Shown here in pieces: positions 30,306-42,009 of a stretch of 64,000 nucleotides of DNA. The translations under genes and the position numbers were made by a program. This stretch comes from an uncultured Acidobacteriota bacterium (GTDB taxonomy: Bacteria > Acidobacteriota > Vicinamibacteria > Vicinamibacterales > 2-12-FULL-66-21), in the NCBI GenBank assembly GCA_963725145.1, contig CAVRXL010000010.1:410693-474692 (forward strand), given 5' to 3'. Numbering within the stretch: position 1 is the first letter of the stretch; each line of letters begins with the position of its first letter. The notes under the pieces are model-generated. The model ran no database searches and was not told where the DNA came from. It worked only from the letters and a program-made list of their open reading frames with translations.

Positions 30306-31787
30306 ATGAAACTCTCGCGTCGGGACCTCCTGCTGACGGCGGCCGGCGCCGCCGCGGCCTCTTGCACGGCAGCGCGCCGCCCGGCGGCCGTCGCCGCGAC
30401 CCCGCAGCCAAAGACGCCGCCGAGCGGCCGGATCACGGTCGCGTGCCTCGGCGTCGGCTCGCAGGGGCTGCGCGTGATGATGAACTTCCTGGCGCACCCC
30501 GACGTGCAGATCGTCGCCGTCTGCGACGTCAACGCAGGCAGCGACGACTACTCCGAGTGGGGCAAGTTCGAGCTGCGCGACAAGGTTCGCGCGCTCCTCG
30601 GCGCCGGCCATACGTCCTGGGGAGGCGACGGGACGACGTATCGCGGTGGCATCGCCGGGCGGAAACCGGCGCGCGACGTCGTCGAATCCTATTACGCCGG
30701 GCAGAAGACGTCGGGAACCTTCAGCGGGTGCGCGGAGTTCGAGGATTACCGCGAGCTCCTGGCCAAGCGGAGCGACGTCGACGCCATCCTCATCGGAGCG
30801 CCCGATCATCTGCACGCGCCGATGGCGGTCGCCGCGATGCGCGCCGGCAAGCACGTCTTCTGTCAGAAGCCCATGGCGCACTCCGTCTTCGAGGCACGGC
30901 GAATGGCGGAAGTGGCGCGGGAGACGCGCATGGCGACGCAGGTCGCGGTCGGCAACCAGGCATCCGAGGCGACGCGGCTGCTCTGCGAGTGGATCTGGGC
31001 CGGCGCCATCGGGCCGGTCCGAGAAGTGATCAACTGGTCGAGCCGTCCGTTCTGGCCGCAGGGGATTGCGAAGCCGGAGACCGAGGAGCCCGTGCCGTCG
31101 CACTTGAACTGGGATCTCTGGCTCGGTCCCGCGGCGGCGCGCCCCTACAACCACTTGTACCAACCGTTCGTGTGGCGCGGCTGGTACGACTTCGGCACGG
31201 GCGCGATCGGCGACATGGGCTGCTACAGCTTCGACACGATCGTGCGCGCGCTGAAGCTCGGGCCGCCGACGACGGTCGAGGCGAGCTCGACGGAGCGGCT
31301 GCCCGACACGTTCCCGAGGGCTTCAATCATTCACTTCCAGTTCCCCGCGCGCGGGGACATGCCGCCGGTCCGGCTGACGTGGTACGACGGCGGGCTGAAG
31401 CCCAAACGGCCGGAGGAACTGGACGAGACGTTCGACGCGGAAGGGCTCCTCTTCATTGGAGACGAAGGAAAAATCCTGTGCGGCTTCAACGGCGCGAAGC
31501 CGCGATTGATTCCGGCGGCGCGCATGCAGGCGTTCCAGCAGCCGCCAAAAACCCTGCCGAGATCGCCCGGAAACGATCGTGAATGGATCGACGCGTGCAA
31601 GGGCGGCGCGGCCGGCGGCGCGAACTTCGAGTTCACGGCGGGCGTCACCGAAACCGTTCTGTTGGGGAACGTCGCGGCGCGTACCGGCGAACGGTTGTTG
31701 TGGGACAGCTCCGGTTTCAAGATCACGAACGTCGCCGAGGCCAACCGGTACTTGCAGCGCGAGTATCGACAGGGTTGGGCGGTGTAG
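30306..31787 (+). CDS. Gfo/Idh/MocA-family oxidoreductase with a Tat-type signal
   Basis: The ORF-track start at 30297 is a TTG; the ATG at 30306 gives MKLSRRDLLLTAAGAAAAS (a twin-Arg signal). The Rossmann fold reads ITVACLGVGSQG and the FCQKPMA block is EKP-like. Confidence 0.9.
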   Translation: MKLSRRDLLLTAAGAAAASCTAARRPAAVAATPQPKTPPSGRITVACLGVGSQGLRVMMNFLAHPDVQIVAVCDVNAGSDDYSEWGKFELRDKVRALLGAGHTSWGGDGTTYRGGIAGRKPARDVVESYYAGQKTSGTFSGCAEFEDYRELLAKRSDVDAILIGAPDHLHAPMAVAAMRAGKHVFCQKPMAHSVFEARRMAEVARETRMATQVAVGNQASEATRLLCEWIWAGAIGPVREVINWSSRPFWPQGIAKPETEEPVPSHLNWDLWLGPAAARPYNHLYQPFVWRGWYDFGTGAIGDMGCYSFDTIVRALKLGPPTTVEASSTERLPDTFPRASIIHFQFPARGDMPPVRLTWYDGGLKPKRPEELDETFDAEGLLFIGDEGKILCGFNGAKPRLIPAARMQAFQQPPKTLPRSPGNDREWIDACKGGAAGGANFEFTAGVTETVLLGNVAARTGERLLWDSSGFKITNVAEANRYLQREYRQGWAV

Positions 31788-31797
31788 GATTCTGTCG

Positions 31798-32127
31798 GAC
31801 CACGGATTGGACGGATTCCGATTTCACGACCACGGATTTGACGGATAAAAACCGATCTCCTTGTTTTTGACGACCACAGATTTCACGGATAGCACGGATT
31901 CGTTTTCCTCAGCCTGAACGTCACAGCGACACCACGGATTGGACGATCCCGGTTTCACGACCACGGATTTGACGGATGGTCTCGGTTCAAGCGTCCGTGG
32001 AATCCGTGTCATCCGTGGTTCGTGAAGAACCAGTCAAGCATCCGTGGACTCCGTGTCATCCGTGGTTGTGAGTATCCGTGTTCATCCGTGGAGCACAGAT
32101 TTGGTGTCCGCAGTTTCTGGATCCGTG
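31798..32127. repeat. Intergenic array of the heptamer CACGGAT (direct copies) followed by ATCCGTG (inverted copies), giving a large imperfect palindrome
   Basis: Six exact CACGGAT copies plus GACGGAT/CACAGAT variants lie in 31801-31977. Seven exact ATCCGTG copies plus two variants lie in 32002-32127. A 24-bp unit (TTTCACGACCACGGATTTGACGGAT) occurs at both 31823-31846 and 31954-31977. TCCGTGTCATCCGTGGTT occurs at both 32003-32020 and 32050-32067. Confidence 0.9.
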
Positions 32128-32248
32128 GTTCAAACTCGTCACCCGCACACGATCCAGATTCTGACATTCCCCTCAGGAGCGTCGTTTTAGGCCGGTTTTC
32201 GGCACCGGGTGTGCGGGCGCATCGATTGCAGGATTGTCCCGTTTCCCG

Positions 32249-33787
32249 ATGAGAACGAAGGCCGTCGTGGCGCTCGCCGCGCTTGCCGCTGCGATTTCCG
32301 TGGCCGCGTGGAATCTCGTCGCGCGCCGCGCGAACGCCCAGGCGGCGACGATCGCGGCGGAGGCCGCTGCGGACGACCCCGTCGAGGCGCGGCGGCGAGC
32401 GGACGTCGCCGCGATGGAAACCTTCAGGCCGGGCTATCCGTTCTGGCGGCACGTCTTCACGATTCCCGACCACTCGATCGCCTTTGGCAGCGCCATCGAC
32501 GGACGACTCATCGCGACGTTTCCCACGAAAGGGGACTGGACGCGGAAGGCCGTGTGGAGCGATCCCGATCTCGATCGCATCCTCGACGGTCTCTACCTCC
32601 CCCGCAAACTGAGCGATCGACGTGACCACGTCGCGCGAATCCTGGAAAACGCCGTGGGACCGGTGCTGCACAACTCGACGCGCGGCGATGCGTTGCTGAA
32701 AAACGTCCCTCAGTACGGCGCCTTCCTGCAGGAATGGGGCACTATCTACGAGCGGTTCGGCGTGCCCGCGGACATCGGCCTGGCTCAGGTCATCTTCGAA
32801 TCCGGCCTCAACCCCACGAAGCGTTCCGAAGCCAACGCGATCGGGTTCTGCCAGTGGCTCCAGAAGAACTGGCGGCGGCTGAACTACTTTTCACCCACGC
32901 CGATCGAGGGACGGAATCAGACGACGCAGGCGCCGTATTGCGCCGCGTACTTGTCGGTGCTGGCGACCAAGTACGGCTCGTTCATCCCCGCGCTCTCCGA
33001 GCACAACGCCGGCGGCACGAACGTCGGACGGGCGTTGATCACCGGCGAGCACCTCGGCGCGGAAGATGTCCGCCAGCGATATTTTGCGGGATCGCGGCTC
33101 GCCCGCGACCTGCGCGAGCTGCCGGGCAAGCACTACGAGGACGTGTATCGGAGCTACGGCCACCGCTCGTATCTCTACGCGGAGATGGTGTTCGGCAACA
33201 GCTTCAACGTCAGGGCCGTGATCGCGTCGATGCCGCAGGTACCCATCCATGCGATGCGCACGGAGCGCGCGATTTCGCTTGCGGAGATCATGAAGCGAAC
33301 GGGCCTGTCCAGGGACGAGGTCCGGCGCTTCAATCCGGCGATCGTCGAGCGGATTCCGGCTCGCGGTACGCTCTATCTTCCGTCCTACATCAGCGAGTTC
33401 GGCGCCGACGTCGCGTTCTGGCGCCGGCCGGCCGACCCTTCGTACGTGGCCGTTCTCGACGACTTCCTGCGCCTCACCCCCGGTCCCGAACAGTGGGACG
33501 ATCCTTCCTTCGCGCCTGTGCTGGCGGACTTCAAGCGTCGTTTTCGACAGACGAACACCGAGGAAGGCACGGTGATGGAGACGGTGCTCACCTACGCGAT
33601 GGACCAGGCGTTCACGAGCCCCCGCCGCACGCTGCTGGCAGAGTTCCGAGGGAGCGAGAACGTCCGCGAACTGATCGGGCGCGGGATGATGGAGCTGGAT
33701 GCACTGCGCAGCGTTCAGGCTCTGCGCACGGCGGACTGCGAGAGCGTTCCGACGCCCGCAGGGCCACCGCTTCCGGGCTGCCGGTGA
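32249..33787 (+). CDS. Lytic transglycosylase (SLT domain) with a LysM-like module
   Basis: The ATG at 32249 lies inside ORF 32234..33787 (whose start is a TTG) and gives MRTKAVVALAALAAAISVAAW. The SLT block is GLAQVIFESGLNPTKRSEANAIGFCQW. The LysM-like block is ISLAEIMKRTGLSRDEVRRFNPAIVERIPARGTLYLP. Confidence 0.8.
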   Translation: MRTKAVVALAALAAAISVAAWNLVARRANAQAATIAAEAAADDPVEARRRADVAAMETFRPGYPFWRHVFTIPDHSIAFGSAIDGRLIATFPTKGDWTRKAVWSDPDLDRILDGLYLPRKLSDRRDHVARILENAVGPVLHNSTRGDALLKNVPQYGAFLQEWGTIYERFGVPADIGLAQVIFESGLNPTKRSEANAIGFCQWLQKNWRRLNYFSPTPIEGRNQTTQAPYCAAYLSVLATKYGSFIPALSEHNAGGTNVGRALITGEHLGAEDVRQRYFAGSRLARDLRELPGKHYEDVYRSYGHRSYLYAEMVFGNSFNVRAVIASMPQVPIHAMRTERAISLAEIMKRTGLSRDEVRRFNPAIVERIPARGTLYLPSYISEFGADVAFWRRPADPSYVAVLDDFLRLTPGPEQWDDPSFAPVLADFKRRFRQTNTEEGTVMETVLTYAMDQAFTSPRRTLLAEFRGSENVRELIGRGMMELDALRSVQALRTADCESVPTPAGPPLPGCR

Positions 33788-33791
33788 TCGG

Positions 33792-36323
<2,532 letters not shown>

Positions 36324-36383
36324 CGTCCGGGAACAGTCGCACGGGTTTCATCGGGATGTCAAAACGTAGTTGAGGAGCCTCGG

Positions 36384-36409
36384 GAGATCGTGTGCGCAAC
36401 CACGATCTC
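36384..36409. promoter_or_regulatory. Inverted repeat in a divergent promoter region; candidate operator
   Basis: GAGATCGTG-(8 nt)-CACGATCTC lies between the divergent ADOP (start 36323) and heparinase-like (start 36564) genes. Confidence 0.25.
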
Positions 36410-36563
36410 AACGTTTAGATCGTCACTTCCGCTGCGACCTTCCGATCCAAGTTTGGGTGAGCCAGTTACAAAGACCGGCATCATCGGGCGTGATCGCAAG
36501 GCAGTGCAGGCCTCAGAGCCTGTCGAAAGGTGGCACGCAGTTGGCGTACGACCGGGTCTTCCA

Positions 36564-38528
36564 ATGAGACGCGCCGTCGCCATCGCTATCGCCGCCCTCT
36601 GCCTGACGCCGGCGGCCGTGCACGGACAGCAGGTCGTCGCTGGTCATCCGAGAATCTACCTGCGCCCCGCCGATCTGCCCACGTTGCGCACCCGTGTGAC
36701 GCAGGCGCCGATCTCGACCTACTACACGCAGATGCGGAGCCGCATGGACGGCTCCAGCGCGCGCCACTCCAACAACGAGGTCGCCGGATTCGAGCTCGAG
36801 AGCCTGGCGCTGCTGCACGCGATCGCGGGCGGTACGACATACCGCGACAAGATTCTGAACGTCTGGCGCTTCTCGTCGTACACCCCGGGTCAGATCACGC
36901 ACTGGGATCTCCCCTACCAGGTCATGGGGCACGCCCTCGCGCTGGACTATCTGTGGAGCGACATCTCTCCGGCGCAACGCACCGAGCTGGGCAACGTCAT
37001 CGTCGCGATGATGGACGACCTGTACAACTACGCGCCGTACAACGTCTCCTTCGCGAACCAGATGTCGGACTACTCGAACCAGCTCTACTACCACCTCGGC
37101 GCGCTGGCGTTCGCGGGGATCGTGCTCGCCGGAGAAGGCATCAACGACGCCCGCGCGCAGTTCTATCTCTCGGAAGCGGCCGTTCTCCTGAACGACCACA
37201 TGATCCCCGCGATGAACCAGGAGGCGGGCGGCGACGCGGACCTCCCGCGCCGCAGCGGCTTCGTCGGCAACGGCGGCTGGGGCGAGGACATGGGCCATCT
37301 CGACATGACGCACCCGTTGTTCGGCCGGATGGTCGAAGCCTGGCGCACCGGCGTCGGCGAGAATCTGTTTCCCGCAATCAACGGGCTGGCCAGGTACTCG
37401 CAGTACGTCGTGTACATGCGCCGGCCGGGCGGCCGGCTGTCGCCGAAGGGCAACAGCAGCTACCAGGTCGGGATGAGCGACAAGAACTACGGCACGCTCG
37501 GCTCACTGCTGAGCGCGCGGTATGGCGACCCGCTCGGCAAGTTCGTCAAGGATGCCGCGTACGTCGGCCAGACGTTCGGCTTTCATCAGTTGGGCGCGAT
37601 CCTCTGGTACAACCAGTCGCTTTCCGCGCCGGCGTTTTCGAGCATGCCGAAGGCGATGCACTTCCAGGGACAGGGTGAAGTCGTGATGCGGTCAGGCTTC
37701 GGGCCGCAGGACACCTGGGTGTATCTGCGCTCCGGACCGATCTACAACGGCCACCAGCACGACGATCAGGGCAACCTGCTCGTCGAGGCCTACGGCGGGG
37801 AGCTGCTCGTCGAGAACGCCGGCAGCGGGGTCAATCACGAGACGGTCTATCACAACAGCATCCGCGTCGGCGGCAGCGATCAGATCCCGTATGGCAACAA
37901 CGAGGTTCAGCGCGCGAGGCCGATGGCCGGAACGCCGCAGGAGCGCGGACGGGTCACGTCGGTCGTCACCGATCCCGCATACACATACGTCGCGACCGAC
38001 TTCAGCAACGCGTACGCCGACAGCGTCGTGCCAGCGCCCAGGGCCGGGAAGGTGACGCGCGAGGTCGTGACGATCCTGCCCGACGTGGTGATCGTACGAG
38101 ATCGCGTGACGGGCGCGAACCCCGAAGTCCTGTTTCACGTCTGGAGCGGCGGCGGCGCGCTCAACGCCGGCGCGCGCGAGCTGACGGTGACGCACGGAAG
38201 CGGTCACGCGTGGCTCAAGACCGTGTTCCCCGCCGGCGCCTCGGTCCAGCTGACGGCGCAGGCGCCGACGGATCTCCTGACCGTACGGTCCACGGGGTCA
38301 GGCCCGACGGTCGACTTCGTTCACGTCGTGTACGTTTCGCCCGCCGCGACCCGCTTCATTCCGACGAACCTCACCCAGATTGATACTGCCAGCCAGATAG
38401 GCGTGTCGTTCCGCGACCGGCAGGGGCAACAGTGGTCCGTTGCGTTTCACACGAACGGCGTCGGCCTGTCGGGCGTGATCGCCGGCAACGCGCCGTCCGC
38501 GCCGACCGGCCTGCGCGTCGTGCGGTGA
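36564..38528 (+). CDS. Heparinase II/III-like (polysaccharide-lyase-like) exported protein
   Basis: The ATG at 36564 lies inside the long ORF 34914..38528, whose upstream part is antisense to the ADOP gene. The signal peptide is MRRAVAIAIAALCLTPAAVHGQ. An N-terminal alpha-helical (toroid-like) region is followed by SGPIYNGHQHDDQGNLLVEAYGGELLVE, which matches the Hepar_II_III H-x-H-x-D-x-G block. Confidence 0.75.
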   Translation: MRRAVAIAIAALCLTPAAVHGQQVVAGHPRIYLRPADLPTLRTRVTQAPISTYYTQMRSRMDGSSARHSNNEVAGFELESLALLHAIAGGTTYRDKILNVWRFSSYTPGQITHWDLPYQVMGHALALDYLWSDISPAQRTELGNVIVAMMDDLYNYAPYNVSFANQMSDYSNQLYYHLGALAFAGIVLAGEGINDARAQFYLSEAAVLLNDHMIPAMNQEAGGDADLPRRSGFVGNGGWGEDMGHLDMTHPLFGRMVEAWRTGVGENLFPAINGLARYSQYVVYMRRPGGRLSPKGNSSYQVGMSDKNYGTLGSLLSARYGDPLGKFVKDAAYVGQTFGFHQLGAILWYNQSLSAPAFSSMPKAMHFQGQGEVVMRSGFGPQDTWVYLRSGPIYNGHQHDDQGNLLVEAYGGELLVENAGSGVNHETVYHNSIRVGGSDQIPYGNNEVQRARPMAGTPQERGRVTSVVTDPAYTYVATDFSNAYADSVVPAPRAGKVTREVVTILPDVVIVRDRVTGANPEVLFHVWSGGGALNAGARELTVTHGSGHAWLKTVFPAGASVQLTAQAPTDLLTVRSTGSGPTVDFVHVVYVSPAATRFIPTNLTQIDTASQIGVSFRDRQGQQWSVAFHTNGVGLSGVIAGNAPSAPTGLRVVR

Positions 38529-38537
38529 CGCGCCCCG

Positions 38538-39152
38538 TCAGGTCTTCACCTTGACCTGCACCTCGTTCAGCCTCACAGGCTCGCTCGAGTAGTTCTCGAG
38601 GACGATCTGCTTCTTGTCCTTGTTGAAGTCGATTTTGGTCGCGACAGCCATCTTGCCGACGCCCTTCCCGTCCTTGTCGGCGCGAATCTCGATGAGCATG
38701 AACGGGTAGTCGATCGTCCGCGGCTGGTTCCGCGCTTCCTGAAAGCCGATGTACCGGTCGGTCGCCAGGACGATCCGGCGGCCGCCTTCGGGCAGCGGCG
38801 TCTGCCACGCGTAGTGCAGGTTGAGTCCGAGCGCGAGATGATGCGGATCGGGTGGCCTTGCGGCTGGAATGCGGAGACGGCCCCTCTCGGGCAACTTCTG
38901 GAGCTCGCGCAGCAGCGCATCGGCGTTTTTTTCTACCATCGTCGTGAGCAGGTGTTCGCGCTCCTCGGGTGTCGACCACGAGTTGATGGTGATGGCCACT
39001 ACCGCGTTCGACCCCGTCGCGATATTGCTCATGTTCACGGCGAACGCTGAGATCTCCAGCTTCTCGTTCTGAGCGTACACACCCGCGGTGCCCACGCCAG
39101 CGAGCGCTCCCATGGCCGTCGCCGCGATGCCAAGTAGAAGTTTCCTCGTCAC
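38538..39152 (-). CDS. Hypothetical exported protein (~204 aa)
   Basis: The GTG at 39152 follows GGGGGAG. The signal peptide is (M)TRKLLLGIAATAMGALAGVGTAGVYAQ. The mature part is ..LEISAFAVNMSNIATGSNAVVAITINSWSTPEEREHLL..IEIRADKDGKGVGKMAVATKIDFNKDKKQIVLENY... I recognise no family. Confidence 0.6.
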   Translation of the reverse strand: MTRKLLLGIAATAMGALAGVGTAGVYAQNEKLEISAFAVNMSNIATGSNAVVAITINSWSTPEEREHLLTTMVEKNADALLRELQKLPERGRLRIPAARPPDPHHLALGLNLHYAWQTPLPEGGRRIVLATDRYIGFQEARNQPRTIDYPFMLIEIRADKDGKGVGKMAVATKIDFNKDKKQIVLENYSSEPVRLNEVQVKVKT

Positions 39153-39231
39153 AATCTCCCCCAATTTCTGGTCAGGGACCACTCGACAAGCCCTGAAACG
39201 TCGCTGTGGCATTCTACTTCGGCGGCGCCGA

Positions 39232-40122
39232 TCAGATCGACCGACTGGACTGCCCTCGCTTCGCCTTGAGAAACTCCACCGAACGCCGCATCTCGTCAAG
39301 GCCGTTCATGCCGTCCTCGATCGAGATCCAGCCGTCGAAACCGGCCTCTGACAGCAGCCGGAAGACCGCGTCGTAGTCGATCAAACCTTGTCCGACCTCG
39401 CCATGCCTCAGCACTGCGGCATAACCGGTCGCCCCATCCGCCTTCTTCAGATCCTCCATCGTCGCGCCAGGCGCAAGCGAGCGGTCGGACGCGTGCATCG
39501 TCACGACGCGGTGCCGCACCTTCTCGAGAAACCGGATGGGATCGTAGCCGCCGATCCACGCGTTGGACGGATCGTACTGGACGCCAAAGAAGGGAGAGTC
39601 GATCTGCTCGATGATCTCGAGAAAGATGTCCTCAGGCTGCGCGAACTCCGGGTAGCGCCACAGCCCGTCCTTGTAGTGGTTCTCCATGCAGAGCACGACG
39701 CCGCGGCGCTCGGCGTAGTCGAGCGAGCGGCGGATGCCGTCGAGCGTCCGGGCGATACCTTCCGCGCGTGTCAGCCCTTCGTGGCGCTGGCCGCTCAGCG
39801 TGCGGCAATGCCGCGCGCCGAGACGCACCGTGAGGTCGATGGCGGCTTTCTGCCGCTCCACCTGCCGCTTCCGCTCGCCAGGATCGGGATGCGTGAAATC
39901 AGGCGAGAAGCAGATCATGGACGTGATCTGCCCCGTATCCTCCATCGCGCGCACAATTGGGTCGACGTCCACGGGTGTCAGGCTGCGGAAGAAGCCGTCG
40001 TAGTGCTCGACCCCTTCCCCGCCGAGTGTGACCGCCTGACGGATCCACCCGTCGAACGGCATGCGGCCGTCCGCGAGCTGGTCGAAATAGCACTTGGGGA
40101 AGACGCTGATCCGCGGAGGCAC
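39232..40122 (-). CDS. Sugar-phosphate isomerase/epimerase (xylose-isomerase-like TIM barrel)
   Basis: 296-aa ORF with a GTG start. It shows AP_endonuc_2-type blocks: ..ARHCRTLSG.., VVLCMENHY, FGVQYDPSNAWIGG, TMHASD, GWISIED. Confidence 0.8.
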   Translation of the reverse strand: MPPRISVFPKCYFDQLADGRMPFDGWIRQAVTLGGEGVEHYDGFFRSLTPVDVDPIVRAMEDTGQITSMICFSPDFTHPDPGERKRQVERQKAAIDLTVRLGARHCRTLSGQRHEGLTRAEGIARTLDGIRRSLDYAERRGVVLCMENHYKDGLWRYPEFAQPEDIFLEIIEQIDSPFFGVQYDPSNAWIGGYDPIRFLEKVRHRVVTMHASDRSLAPGATMEDLKKADGATGYAAVLRHGEVGQGLIDYDAVFRLLSEAGFDGWISIEDGMNGLDEMRRSVEFLKAKRGQSSRSI

Positions 40123-40134
40123 GGCGTCCGCTGT

Positions 40135-40914
40135 CTACCGGTTCTCCGGGGCGCCGACGGGGAACTGTTCGAGATCCATCACCGTGCCGGTCACGACGGC
40201 ACTGTCGTCTGACGCAAAGTACGCGGCTGCGAAGGCGATGTCCTGCGGTGTCAGGAGGCGACCAAAGGGACGCGTGGCGACGGCCTCGCGAAGCCAGTCG
40301 TCACCCTTCCCTTCCTCCTCGCGCTTGACGCGCTGCTCACCTTCCGTCAAGGTCCACCCGACGTTGATCTGGTTCACGCGGATCCGATACTTGCTCAGCG
40401 ATGCGGCCGCGTTTCGCGTCAGCGTCATGAGCGCGCCTTTCGAGACCGAATAGGGTCCGAGCTTCGGCTCGCCGATGTAGGCATTGATGGACCCGATGTT
40501 GACGATCGACCCGCCGCCGCGCGTCTTCATCGACTTCACCGCTTCCTGCAGGCAGAGCAACGGCGCCCGCACGTTGACGTGCATGACGAAGTCCCACAGT
40601 TCGACCGGCGCATCCTCGAGGAACGCGCGCGCCGTGGTCGCCGCGTTGTTGACCAGGACGTCGACACCGCCGCAGCGCTCGATCGTCTGCCGGACAACGC
40701 CCCGGCACGACTCGACGTCCGAAAGATCCCCCGGGACGAATTCCGCCTTCTGGCCGTCGCGGCTCAGCCGCGACGCCACCTCCAGTCCCTGAGCCTCCTC
40801 CAGGCCGTGCACGACGACGCGCGCGCCGAGTGAGGCGAAATGTTCGGCGATTCCGCGCCCGATCCCGGACGTCGATCCGGTTATAAGGGCGACTTTGTTG
40901 GTGAGAGAGGCCAT
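40135..40914 (-). CDS. Short-chain dehydrogenase/reductase (SDR)
   Basis: The ATG at 40914 (MASLTNKVALITGSTSGIGRGIA) lies 1 nt after the ADH stop; the ORF-track start 40926 would overlap that gene. SDR motifs are TGxxxGIG, NNAA and YSVSK (YxxxK). Confidence 0.9.
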   Translation of the reverse strand: MASLTNKVALITGSTSGIGRGIAEHFASLGARVVVHGLEEAQGLEVASRLSRDGQKAEFVPGDLSDVESCRGVVRQTIERCGGVDVLVNNAATTARAFLEDAPVELWDFVMHVNVRAPLLCLQEAVKSMKTRGGGSIVNIGSINAYIGEPKLGPYSVSKGALMTLTRNAAASLSKYRIRVNQINVGWTLTEGEQRVKREEEGKGDDWLREAVATRPFGRLLTPQDIAFAAAYFASDDSAVVTGTVMDLEQFPVGAPENR

Positions 40915-40915
40915 G

Positions 40916-41971
40916 TCAGCCGCCACCTGGAATGAGGACCGACTTAATCACACGCCCGTCGTGCATCGCGTCGAACGCCTCGCGCCAGCCTTCGAGCGGC
41001 GCCCGGAGGCCGACGATCGTCTCCGGCATCGTCACACCCCGGTCGAGCAAGTGGATCACCCGCTCCCAGACCGGATAGTTGTGGCTGAAGGAGCCCTGCA
41101 ACCGAAGGTTCCGCTGAACGAGCGGGTTGATGTCCACCGCCACCGCATCCGGCGACCACCCGACTTTCGTGACCTGGCCGTCGGGCCGCGCCAGGCGAAG
41201 CGCGACGTCGAGCGGCCGGCTCGAGCCAGACGCGTCGCAGACCAGGTCGGCTCCAATCGCAGAGTGTCCACGCACGATGTCCTCGAGATTCTCCGTCTGA
41301 ACGTCCACTGTGCGTGTCGCGCCGAGCCGCCGTGCCGCGTCGAGGCGAGGACCGTCGGTCGACAGGCCCGCCACGATCAACGGATCCGCGCCGGAGAGCG
41401 CCGCCATCCGCGCGCAGAGCAGACCGATCGGGCCCGGGCCGAGGATCACGACGAGGTCCCCCGGCCGGATCGTCGAATTGACGCACATCGCCTGATACGC
41501 GACGGCGTGCGGCTCCGACAGGCAGGCGATCTCGAACGGCAGCGAATCCGGAATGCGGTGCAGGCATCGAGCCGGCACGCGAACCCAGCGCGCCATGGCG
41601 CCGTCGATGCCGTAGCCGAAGCCCTTGCGCCGCGGGCAGAGGTTGTAGCGCCCGGTCCGGCAGAGCAGACACTCGCCGCAGACCCGCGCCGCGGTTTCGC
41701 TGACGACGCGGTCGCCCTCCTTGAAACCCCGAACAGCCTGACCGAGCCTCGAGACCACGCCGCTGAACTCGTGACCGAGGACGACAGGCGTCTGCACGGG
41801 CCACGACTGCGTGTTTCGCGCCTGATGCACGTCCGAGCCGCAGACCGACACCGCACCGACCTCGAGCAGAACCTCGTCCTCTTCGATGTCGGGCACGGGC
41901 ACTTCGCGCAGCTCCACCGCGTTCGGCTCGAGCGCGTAGTGGACGACGGCTTGTTGAAAGGGGACAGTCAC
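40916..41971 (-). CDS. Zinc-dependent medium-chain alcohol/polyol dehydrogenase
   Basis: 351-aa ORF with a GTG start. Motifs are GAVSVCGSDVH, GHEFSGVV, the structural-Zn cluster CGECLLCRTGRYNLC, and the Rossmann fold VILGPGPIGLL. Confidence 0.9.
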   Translation of the reverse strand: MTVPFQQAVVHYALEPNAVELREVPVPDIEEDEVLLEVGAVSVCGSDVHQARNTQSWPVQTPVVLGHEFSGVVSRLGQAVRGFKEGDRVVSETAARVCGECLLCRTGRYNLCPRRKGFGYGIDGAMARWVRVPARCLHRIPDSLPFEIACLSEPHAVAYQAMCVNSTIRPGDLVVILGPGPIGLLCARMAALSGADPLIVAGLSTDGPRLDAARRLGATRTVDVQTENLEDIVRGHSAIGADLVCDASGSSRPLDVALRLARPDGQVTKVGWSPDAVAVDINPLVQRNLRLQGSFSHNYPVWERVIHLLDRGVTMPETIVGLRAPLEGWREAFDAMHDGRVIKSVLIPGGG

Positions 41972-42009
41972 CTTTTTACGCCCTTCGTAAAAAGGTGACT
42001 GTCCCCTTT
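41957..42009 (-). promoter_or_regulatory. Perfect 23-bp stem / 7-nt loop hairpin spanning the HPS-like stop and the ADH start
   Basis: 41957-41979 (AAAGGGGACAGTCACCTTTTTAC) is the exact reverse complement of 41987-42009. The overlapping GTGA (ADH GTG at 41971-41969, upstream TGA at 41970-41968) lies inside the 3' arm of the mRNA hairpin. Confidence 0.85.

Noticed and set aside
31798-32127. Possible CRISPR array (also considered for 45543-45682 and 47202-47237)
   Set aside because: The repeat units are only 6-9 bp (at most 24 bp), have no unique spacers of 25-40 bp and switch orientation mid-array. No cas genes are in the window.
31579-32252. Several 60-95-aa ORFs (e.g. DHGLDGFRFHDHGFDG, SVKSVVVKPGSSNPW, IRGLRVIRGCEYPCSSVEH)
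   Set aside because: These are translations of the CACGGAT/ATCCGTG repeat array, shown by periodic repeats of the same tri- and tetrapeptides in all frames. The same applies to the ORFs at 45452..45739 (GTGCAC array; ..TRCTRCTG..) and 46980..47258 (..LCVLCVLCVLCV..).
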